Positions 28,317 through 35,743 of a DNA stretch of 64,000 bases are shown here, in pieces; the first letter of the stretch is position 1; each line of letters starts with the position of its first letter. The notes beneath the pieces are model-generated. The model searched no databases, was not told the DNA's origin, and saw nothing but the letters and a program-made list of their open reading frames with translations. Position numbers and translations under genes: made by a program. Origin of the DNA: Candidatus Poribacteria bacterium (lineage in GTDB: Bacteria; Poribacteria; WGA-4E; GCA-2687025); assembly GCA_016866785.1 (NCBI GenBank), contig VGLH01000004.1, forward strand, positions 3,573 to 67,572, given 5' to 3'.

Positions 28317-29423
28317 TTACGCCGCAAGACCGCACACTTGATCGACGAGCTCGGTGATCGCCTCCACTTTCTCGATCTGTCCCGTCTGCGAGATTTCGTC
28401 GGAGATGCCGAGGATCAGCCTCGGGGCGAACATGTCGATGCAGCGTCGAGTGAAGTCCAACAGCTCGCCGACCGGACGGTAGTCGAGGAAGTCGATCGCG
28501 GGCAGCAGATCGAGCACGACCATCTTGTCGCCAACGGATTCCAGTATCTGCTCCAGCGTGATGTCGCCCATCGGCTCCGGGGTCAGCGCTTCGACGCCGT
28601 CGAGTCGCGTATCCAACAAGAACGGCAGAATCTGCCGCGACATCCCGTCCCAATGCGTGTGGACGAACCTTCCAGCGGCGTGCAGGCGGTCGGCGATGCG
28701 CTGCCATCGCGGCAGCAGATACTTGCGCAAGACCGGCGGCGGGGAGAACTCGTTCGTCGCGTGGTCGCCGAGGTTGAAGATGCGGCACGGGAGATGTAGA
28801 GCCGCGTCGAGCAGGCGGTCGTCGCGACGGTCGCACGCTTCGAGGTACTCCTCGATGGCGGCAGGATGGTCGTGCAGCATGTAGTACGTGCCGGTCAAGC
28901 CGATCCAGTTCTTGATGAGCTCGGTGAAACCGGAACTGGAGAGAAACACGGTCGGCTCGCCACGATGACCGACCGCAGCCTCTGCCGCCCGGAATCTGTC
29001 CACGTTCGCCCGGTAGTGCTGCCGGTCGATGATCGCCGTCACGGCGCGGAGGTCTTCGACGGACCGAACCGGATACTCGACGATCCGATGGTTCACGTGG
29101 CGTCCCTCGAGCCAGATGTCTTGGTACACGGTTTCCAGCGTGCCCTGGGGCGTTCGGATCGTATCGACCGAGTGCGTGTCCGTGCGGCGCGACGCGCGCT
29201 CGACATCGCTGGGGTCCTCGTACCCCTCGATACCGGCGGACGCGGCGTACCGAATGGAGCACGAGAGGGCGTCGTAGATTTCGAGATGCGACATGCCAGC
29301 GAACCGCGCGGGCAGCGTGTTCCTGGAGGCGTGGTGCCCGATCCAGGTTTCCAGCCGCGGCTGCCACAGCACCCGATCGGCGGTTCCCTCGAAGATGGCG
29401 AGGTTCAACTCCCTGCGGGTCAT
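28317..29423 (-). CDS. Uroporphyrinogen decarboxylase (URO-D/MtaA-like) family protein, paralog 1
   Basis: 368 aa. Overall URO-D-like TIM-barrel layout with a C-terminal HTHWDG..LDGVEALTPEPMGD segment. This is the weakest of the four assignments. Confidence 0.55.
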   Translation of the reverse strand: MTRRELNLAIFEGTADRVLWQPRLETWIGHHASRNTLPARFAGMSHLEIYDALSCSIRYAASAGIEGYEDPSDVERASRRTDTHSVDTIRTPQGTLETVYQDIWLEGRHVNHRIVEYPVRSVEDLRAVTAIIDRQHYRANVDRFRAAEAAVGHRGEPTVFLSSSGFTELIKNWIGLTGTYYMLHDHPAAIEEYLEACDRRDDRLLDAALHLPCRIFNLGDHATNEFSPPPVLRKYLLPRWQRIADRLHAAGRFVHTHWDGMSRQILPFLLDTRLDGVEALTPEPMGDITLEQILESVGDKMVVLDLLPAIDFLDYRPVGELLDFTRRCIDMFAPRLILGISDEISQTGQIEKVEAITELVDQVCGLAA

Positions 29424-29453
29424 CGAGTAGCCTTTCCTGAGAGCCGCACCAGC

Positions 29454-30560
29454 TCACGCGGTCCGAATGGGGTAGGCCCCGTGTTCGTGGCAGGCTTCGT
29501 AGAACGCCAGGATGTTCGCCAGCGGCGTCGCCGGGACGATCTCTGACGACGACCCGATGAACAGACCGCCACCCGGAGCCCCGACGCGCATGGAATGACG
29601 CACCTCGCGACGGATGTCATCCGGGGTTCCCAGCGGAAGGAGCTGCGAGCAATCGATGCCTCCCACGAGCAGGAGATCGTGCCCGTAGCGCTTGCGCAGG
29701 CGCTCGATGGTCATCTCGGCGATGGGCTCGATCGGGTTGATCCCGTCGATGCCAGCATCGACCAGGTCGTCCATGATGCCCCACAGGTTCCCGTCTGAGT
29801 GGTAGACGACCTTGATTCCCCCGGCGTGGCACTCATCGACGCACTGCCTGAGCAGCGGGATGAAGGTTCTCCGAAGGAACTCCGGCGAGAACAGCAGACC
29901 GGCTTTGTAGGCGATGTCATCACCGATGAAGTAGATGGGCCCGAGCTGTTCCTCCGCAGCCACCTGCGCGCACCGGCGGCCGCCTTCGCCGAACAGCTCG
30001 AGGAGGCGATCCAGCTCCTGGGGCTCGTCGTAGATCCAATATGAAAAGCGCTCTTGGCTCATCAGCCCGTAGACGGCGTGGAAGCCGCAACCCCCACCGG
30101 GCACGTACATCGTCTTCGGTGCGAAGCGCTGCTGCTGAGCGCGGATTCCGGCAGTCCAGCTCGTGCGAAGTGATTCCACCGTTGGCGGCTCGTATCGGTA
30201 CGCTCGAAGCTCTTCGACCGTCTGAATGGCATAGCGGGTTACCCAACTCGTTCTGCCCGATATCTTGTGCGACGTGCTCGCCTCGCCTTCGCGCTCTTCC
30301 GCGAACGAACCTCCGTACCCACGGCAGAGATCGATGCCCAGCTCGTGGTAGGCGCGAACCATCGTCGCGTGGTAGTCATCGTCGCCTCTCGCGAAGTGCT
30401 CGACGACGTGCCGATTGTCGATGTAGTCCCAGATGGGGACCCGATCCGGCTCCTGGTGGTTCATCGCCAGTCGGATGCGGTCCCAAACGGCTCGGTCGAG
30501 CTCCGCGCCATAGCCCTCGGTGGGTTTCACACGATCCGCCGCGCCAGCGCTGTTCGACAT
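29454..30560 (-). CDS. Uroporphyrinogen decarboxylase (URO-D/MtaA-like) family protein, paralog 2
   Basis: PDRVPIWDY N-terminal motif and VVYHSDGNLWGIMDDLVDAGIDGINPIEP C-terminal motif, typical of the non-HemE URO-D family. Confidence 0.7.
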   Translation of the reverse strand: MSNSAGAADRVKPTEGYGAELDRAVWDRIRLAMNHQEPDRVPIWDYIDNRHVVEHFARGDDDYHATMVRAYHELGIDLCRGYGGSFAEEREGEASTSHKISGRTSWVTRYAIQTVEELRAYRYEPPTVESLRTSWTAGIRAQQQRFAPKTMYVPGGGCGFHAVYGLMSQERFSYWIYDEPQELDRLLELFGEGGRRCAQVAAEEQLGPIYFIGDDIAYKAGLLFSPEFLRRTFIPLLRQCVDECHAGGIKVVYHSDGNLWGIMDDLVDAGIDGINPIEPIAEMTIERLRKRYGHDLLLVGGIDCSQLLPLGTPDDIRREVRHSMRVGAPGGGLFIGSSSEIVPATPLANILAFYEACHEHGAYPIRTA

Positions 30561-30667
30561 GCTGCTTCACGCCTCCCCAGTGAGTCCAACCCCTCGATGC
30601 AGCGGTCTGCTTGCTCGACACGACAATAGCCGACCCCCGGCTCGCGCGCGAGTCGGAAACGCCGCGC

Positions 30668-30720
30668 TTGTTCGGCGGTACGGTACGCGCTACAATGGGA
30701 ATAACCCCTCCCGGGGGATA
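30668..30720 (+). promoter_or_regulatory. Candidate csoR promoter plus GC-rich pseudo-palindromic operator
   Basis: TTGTTC (30668..30673), 17-nt spacer, TACAAT (30691..30696). Immediately followed by ATAACCCCTCCCGGGGGATA (30701..30720), a C-tract/G-tract inverted repeat of the kind bound by CsoR-family repressors. Confidence 0.5.
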
Positions 30721-30748
30721 GGATGTGGACTCGCGACAGGGGATCGGG

Positions 30749-31033
30749 ATGCCACAGGACCATCGGCACGACCACAAGAAGACCCAGCAAGTCGCTCGCC
30801 GGCTGGCGCGTATCGAGGGCCATGTGCGGAGCATTCGGCAGATGGTCGAGGAACAGCGCGACTGCTCCGAGGTGCTGATCCAGGTGTCGGCAGTTCGTGC
30901 CGCGCTCGAAGCCGTCGGACGTCTGCTACTGGAGGATCACTTCGAGTCCTGCATCGTGTCTGCCATCCAGGAGGGCGATCATCACGAGGCTATCGAAGAG
31001 TTCAAGCAGGCGTTCTCAAAGCTCGTCTACTGA
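30749..31033 (+). CDS. csoR: CsoR/RcnR/FrmR-family metal-sensing transcriptional repressor (Cys..His..Cys pattern as in Cu(I) CsoR)
   Basis: RLARIEGHVRSIRQMVEE helix, Cys in RDCSEV, and His/Cys in EDHFESC (H-x3-C). Start could be GTG 30725. Confidence 0.8.
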   Translation: MPQDHRHDHKKTQQVARRLARIEGHVRSIRQMVEEQRDCSEVLIQVSAVRAALEAVGRLLLEDHFESCIVSAIQEGDHHEAIEEFKQAFSKLVY

Positions 31034-31051
31034 CTCAGGAAGGGCGGAACC

Positions 31052-31183
31052 ATGCACGAAGGCGGACACGGAATCCTCGGCGACCACACCCCCGAGGGCA
31101 AGAAACGCGCCCATCGGATCATCGGGTTCATCATCGCTGCGCTTGTAGGAGCGGCGTTCGTGTTCTGGCGCGTGTTCGGCTGA
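31052..31183 (+). CDS. Unannotated 43-aa His-rich single-TM micro-protein between csoR and the P-type ATPase
   Basis: Below the ORF-track size cutoff. ATG 31052 lies 7 nt after AGGAAGGG. Translation is MHEGGHGILGDHTPEGKKRAHRIIGFIIAALVGAAFVFWRVFG, stop 31181..31183. Confidence 0.45.
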   Translation: MHEGGHGILGDHTPEGKKRAHRIIGFIIAALVGAAFVFWRVFG

Positions 31184-31219
31184 TCGCCGAGCAAGCCAAA
31201 AGCCAACCCGGAGGTCGGG

Positions 31220-33115
31220 ATGAGCTCAGCAGCGGAGCCCCGAGTCGGGCAAAGTGCCGCAGCCTGGACAAAGGCGCTGGCGGTTCCAGCAATCGTCCTC
31301 GCCCTCATCCTGGCTGCGGCTGGACTCCCCTTGCTCGCCGACAGCGACTTCTCGCTGTCTGCCATCGCGCTCGCATTCGGCGGAACCGTCATTCTCTACC
31401 GCACCGTCGTCGCGACGCTGGAAACCCGTCGCGTGACGGCCGGCGTCCTCGTCGTCATCGCCCTGGTCGCCTCGGCGATTGTCGAGGAGTATCTGGCGGG
31501 CGCTATCGTAGCATTCATGATGATCGGCGGGGAGTATTTGGAGGAGATCGTCCTGGCGCGCACGCAACGATCCGTGCGAGCGCTGATTCAGCTCGCGCCG
31601 GACACGGCGGAAGTGTGGTGTCAGGAACAGTGGCAGACGCTCGCCATTGACCATGTGAGCGTCGGCGACCGTGTTCTCGTGCGACCCGGCGGCCGCGTGC
31701 CGGTCGATGGAGTGATCGAGACGGGCCGAGCGGCGTTTGACGAGTCGGCGCTGACAGGCGAAGCCGTCCCGGTGGATCGAGCCGTCGAGGACACCGTCTG
31801 CGTCGGTACCATCGCCTTGACGGGCTCCGTCGAGGTTCGCGCGACGCGGGTCGGGGAGGACACGACGCTTGCGCGGATCGTCCGCGTCGTTCGCGAGGCG
31901 CAGAGCAACAAGGGACGCACACAGCGGATCGCCGACCGTTTCGCAGCCTATTTCACGCCGGCGATCCTCATCATCGGCGGACTCGTCTGGGCGCTTACGG
32001 GCGACCCGATGCGCATGGTCACCGTGTTCGTCATCGCTTGCCCATGCTCGCTCGTGCTGGCGACTCCGACCGCCGTCGTCGCTGCGGTCGGGAAGGCGGC
32101 GAGGATGGGCGTGCTGGTCAAGGGCGGCGCAGCCCTCGAAGCTCTGGGGCACACGACCGCCCTCTGCCTCGACAAGACCGGAACGCTGACTTCGGGCGAG
32201 CTCGAGGTCATCGACGTCATGCCCGCATCGCCGTGGACGCGCGAGGACGTGCTCCGCCTGGCGAGCCGAGTCGAGGCTGCATCCGAACACCCGATCGGCA
32301 AAGCGATTGTCCGCGCGCATCGGGGTTCTTCGCAGGCGGCGACTGCCACACGGACCTCAGGCGTCATTCTCACGCCTGGCGTCGGAGTCGAAGGCGACGT
32401 GGCAGGCGAGCGCGTCACGGTCGGCAATGAGCGAGCGTTGGCGGGCTTGGGCGAGTCAGCGGAGACCGACCAGGCGAGGCTGTTCATCGAAGAGCACGAG
32501 AGCCGAGGCGCGACGCCCGTTGTCGTTCGCGTGGGCGACCGTGTGGCGGGCTGCATCGCGCTCTCATCGGTGACTCGCTCATCTGCGTCGCGCGTCGTGG
32601 ACGAAGTCCGACGCTCGGGGATCCGTCGCGTCGTGCTGGTAACGGGCGATCACCAGGCTGCGGCGCAGGCGTTGGCTTCTCAACTCGGCATTGACGACGT
32701 CCGCGCGCGCGTGATGCCGGAGGAGAAGATGCGCATCGTCGAGGAGCTCCAGGGCGCGGGCGAAGTCGTCGCGATGGTCGGTGACGGCGTCAACGACGCT
32801 CCGGCGTTGGCGATGGCGGACGCCGGAATCGCGATGGCGGCGGGGACCGATGTCGCCGTCGAAACGGCGGACATCGCGCTCATGGGCGACGATTTGGGCG
32901 CGCTGTCTGAGACGCTCGTCCTCTCTCGCCGCGCGGTTCGGACGATTCGCCAGAACATCTGGGTTTTTGCCGTCGCTGTGAACGTTGTCGGGATCGCCCT
33001 CGCCGGCTCCGGCGTGCTGCACCCGATCGGTGCCGCCGTGGTTCACAACGCCTCCTCGATCTTCGTCGTCGCCAACTCCGCGCGCTTGCTGTCGAGTGCT
33101 CGACAGAAGGGATAG
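31220..33115 (+). CDS. Heavy-metal translocating P1B-type ATPase without an N-terminal metal-binding domain
   Basis: LTGEAVPV, CPC (VIACPCSLVLATP), DKTGTLT and GDGVNDAPAL motifs. 631 aa. No CxxC/HMA region before the first TM segments. Confidence 0.9.
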   Translation: MSSAAEPRVGQSAAAWTKALAVPAIVLALILAAAGLPLLADSDFSLSAIALAFGGTVILYRTVVATLETRRVTAGVLVVIALVASAIVEEYLAGAIVAFMMIGGEYLEEIVLARTQRSVRALIQLAPDTAEVWCQEQWQTLAIDHVSVGDRVLVRPGGRVPVDGVIETGRAAFDESALTGEAVPVDRAVEDTVCVGTIALTGSVEVRATRVGEDTTLARIVRVVREAQSNKGRTQRIADRFAAYFTPAILIIGGLVWALTGDPMRMVTVFVIACPCSLVLATPTAVVAAVGKAARMGVLVKGGAALEALGHTTALCLDKTGTLTSGELEVIDVMPASPWTREDVLRLASRVEAASEHPIGKAIVRAHRGSSQAATATRTSGVILTPGVGVEGDVAGERVTVGNERALAGLGESAETDQARLFIEEHESRGATPVVVRVGDRVAGCIALSSVTRSSASRVVDEVRRSGIRRVVLVTGDHQAAAQALASQLGIDDVRARVMPEEKMRIVEELQGAGEVVAMVGDGVNDAPALAMADAGIAMAAGTDVAVETADIALMGDDLGALSETLVLSRRAVRTIRQNIWVFAVAVNVVGIALAGSGVLHPIGAAVVHNASSIFVVANSARLLSSARQKG

Positions 33116-33118
33116 TCG

Positions 33119-33685
33119 ATGACGCTGGTGGGAAGGCGGATCGCCCTCGTCATCGCGGACGGATACCACGAGCATGAGTTCTGGTACCCGTACTACCGGT
33201 TCCGGGAAGAAGGCGCCGAGGTCACAGTCGCCGGCGTTCGTCCGGGAGTCGTGCACGGCGAAGGGCGCAACGGACGAGACGGATTGGCAGCCCAGATCGC
33301 GGTCGCGGTCGCCGATCTGCGCCCGGAATCCATCGACTGCCTCTACCTGCCCGGCGGCATCTGGGCGCCGTTGGCATTGCGGGTCAACGAGCCGACGCTC
33401 GAGCTCACCCGACAGGTGCTGAACCGAGGCGGGATCGTTGCCGCGATCTGCCACGCGTCATGGGTACTTGTCTCGGCAGGTGTCGTGCGAGGACGCCGCA
33501 TCGCATGTCCCGGCGATATGAGCGACGATGTGCGCAACGCCTGCGGCGAGTACGTAGCAGACGGCGCCGTACAGGACGGCAACCTGATCACGGCTGTCTA
33601 CTTTGCCTACCTACCGGAACACCTCCGGTTGGTGATTCCAGCCGTTACGGCAACGCCAATTGAGCCAACAGGAACGTCAGGCTAG
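33119..33685 (+). CDS. DJ-1/PfpI family protein
   Basis: RIALVIADGYHEHEFWYPYYRF and the nucleophile-elbow-like AAICHASWVL motif. Confidence 0.85.
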   Translation: MTLVGRRIALVIADGYHEHEFWYPYYRFREEGAEVTVAGVRPGVVHGEGRNGRDGLAAQIAVAVADLRPESIDCLYLPGGIWAPLALRVNEPTLELTRQVLNRGGIVAAICHASWVLVSAGVVRGRRIACPGDMSDDVRNACGEYVADGAVQDGNLITAVYFAYLPEHLRLVIPAVTATPIEPTGTSG

Positions 33686-34491
33686 AGGGACGACGGCGGG
33701 GACCACAGCGCATCGTCTGTGATCCCGAGGCGGTCGGCGAACAATAGGACTTGCTGTGGGATTGCGATCTCGTCTACGTCGTGGGAGTCGCCGCCATACG
33801 CCAAGAGCACGCCGCGTTCGACGCACAGCCGGTAGAACGACTCCAGGTGCACCTGGCTGAACTGGAACATCTTGGGCGTCAGCTCGATGGCGATGTCGCG
33901 CTGCCGCATCCGGTCAAGCGTCTCAGCCAGTCGCTTTTCGTCGATGACGTCCATCATGGCATGTGCGAGCGCCGCCAGTCGATCCGGAGCGACTCGGAAG
34001 ATGCGGGGCGATAGCACGAACGGATGCGCAACGATGTCCGTCGCCGGATGATTGACCGCAGCCTCCAGCATGTAGAGTTCGTGGTCGGCGAGGATGCGGG
34101 GATCGAGCCGAACGGGCTGGGCGACGCCACGGATGTTGTAGTGGTTCGGCGCCATCACGACGTAGTCGAAGAGCGCGCCGATCTGCGGCGTGATGGACGC
34201 CATGCGATGGCGCATGATGTAGGCTTCGACCCCGAAGTAGACGCGGATGTCTCTGCCGGACGCGGCTTGGTCCACTTCGCTGCGGAGCTCGCGCAATCTC
34301 GTGCTGTTGAGTTCCAGTCCGTAGCAATGATCCGTGATGCCGATCTCGGAGAGTCCTGTCTTCTCGGCGGCATCGAGAATCTGACGCAGCCGCATGTCAT
34401 CGGTTGCGCACGGCGATAGGTGCGTGTGTATGTGGTAGTTCGCCGTCAGCACGCGGCTCCCTCCGATGACGCTCGAGACGCTCTCACTCAT
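33682..34491 (-). CDS. PHP-domain metal-dependent phosphoesterase (histidinol-phosphatase-like)
   Basis: YHIHTHLSPCA N-terminal His motif, GITDH, VAHP and GGDSHD motifs. Confidence 0.75.
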   Translation of the reverse strand: MSESVSSVIGGSRVLTANYHIHTHLSPCATDDMRLRQILDAAEKTGLSEIGITDHCYGLELNSTRLRELRSEVDQAASGRDIRVYFGVEAYIMRHRMASITPQIGALFDYVVMAPNHYNIRGVAQPVRLDPRILADHELYMLEAAVNHPATDIVAHPFVLSPRIFRVAPDRLAALAHAMMDVIDEKRLAETLDRMRQRDIAIELTPKMFQFSQVHLESFYRLCVERGVLLAYGGDSHDVDEIAIPQQVLLFADRLGITDDALWSPPSSL

Positions 34492-34765
34492 CTCCCTCAG
34501 CGCTGGATATACGCGTGTCAGACAACGCTCGGTACAGGCGATGGGCGTCTTCCTTACGAACCGCGCGCGTCGGAAGCTCGACGACTTCGCATTCGAGGCG
34601 ACCGCGCGACCCGAAGCTCAACTCGATCCGGTCGCCAACCCGTAGCTCTCTGCCCGGCTTCGCAGACTGCTCGTTGACGAGCACTCTCCCGCTGCGGCAG
34701 AGCTCCGTGGCGACAGCCCGTCGCTTGATGATCCGGCTGGTCTGGAGGTACTTGTCGAGTCGCAT
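34484..34765 (-). CDS. S4-domain RNA-binding protein
   Basis: MRLDKYLQTSRIIKRRAVATELCRSGRVLVN is a classic S4 motif. 8-nt overlap with the PHP gene. Confidence 0.8.
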   Translation of the reverse strand: MRLDKYLQTSRIIKRRAVATELCRSGRVLVNEQSAKPGRELRVGDRIELSFGSRGRLECEVVELPTRAVRKEDAHRLYRALSDTRISSAEGDE

Positions 34766-34777
34766 GCCAGCCTTCGT

Positions 34778-35230
34778 CTAGTGTTTCTTTGCCGTGATGT
34801 TCTCGAGAACCGCCGTGATCGCCTGCGAGCAGAAGCTCGCGAAGTCGCGGTACAGGAACTCAAGGAACGCCTGGCGTACGTTGTCCGAAACGTCGAGCTC
34901 CCTGGCTCGCGACTCCTCGTCGAAGATCGACAACGCCTCGCGGCTGGACAGGAAGTATTCCGAGTTCTCGAGGAAGTAGCCGGCGGAACCACGGACCCAT
35001 TCGCGGACCCCGGCTCTCATGTGCTCGAAGACGTCGTCGAGAAACTGCCTGTCGTCCAGATCCTCAGGCAGAGACCACTCGCCTTCCTCGATGAGAGCCT
35101 GAATCAGGTCCCACAGATTGTCCTTGAACAAGAACGCGTCCAACGTCCCCGGCTGGTTCTGCTCCGACGAGGTCGTCGGGGCTTGGCTCCGGTCTGGGTT
35201 ACGGTTCATCGTCCAAGGTGCCCTCTCCAC
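34778..35230 (-). CDS. Hypothetical acidic protein
   Basis: 150-aa ORF with protein-like (not Arg/Ala/Pro-biased) composition, 12 nt upstream of the S4 gene. No family recognised. Confidence 0.5.
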   Translation of the reverse strand: MERAPWTMNRNPDRSQAPTTSSEQNQPGTLDAFLFKDNLWDLIQALIEEGEWSLPEDLDDRQFLDDVFEHMRAGVREWVRGSAGYFLENSEYFLSSREALSIFDEESRARELDVSDNVRQAFLEFLYRDFASFCSQAITAVLENITAKKH

Positions 35231-35743
35231 TGGTTCGCGAGCTCACTGCTCGGCAGCGAGTCGCACCAACGTCACCTGTGTCGCGCCGAATCCGTTCGCG
35301 CTTGGTCAATGATACCGTTGCAGAGGACGAGTATCAACGCCACGCGCTGACGCCATCCCATGAGGCAGGACAGAGCCGGATCGTGCTGGCTTCCTCGAGG
35401 TCGTGTCCTGAACCTGAAGATCGGGACGATCTGTTCCTGGGTCCAGGAAAGAGGCATCAAGCTCTCTACGCCATGGTCATCCTACACGGCAAAGTGGAAC
35501 AGACCACCACGCGTCGAGGATACCTTCACTTCCGTCCGATTCCTGGGGAGCGTGTGTGCATGTCATACTCCGCTGGGATACGAATCGACAGCAACGATAT
35601 CGAAGCCCGGACTCACGCAGCCCGATTCACGCGGAACGGACGGGGCGTACGTCCATCCGTCCTGTAACGAGGACACGACGACGTGCCCGACGGACGGCGA
35701 GCCTCAAGTCCGGTCGCCGGGGACAGACTCAGGAGACTCCCCT

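Noticed and set aside
35431-35460. GGGTCCAGGAAAGAGGCA looked superficially like the SRP (4.5S) RNA domain IV motif GGUCCGGAAGGAAGCAGC.
   Set aside because: The flanks do not form the long SRP hairpin, the GGAA tetraloop context is not reproduced, and the match is better explained as the palindrome TTCCTGG-GT-CCAGGAA.
35218-35667. 149-aa plus-strand ORF filling the long intergenic gap.
   Set aside because: It has no RBS and no recognisable motif, and it runs through palindromes and the lower-GC spacer. The heparinase-like gene has a much better start at 35744 with AGGAG. It is treated as non-coding.
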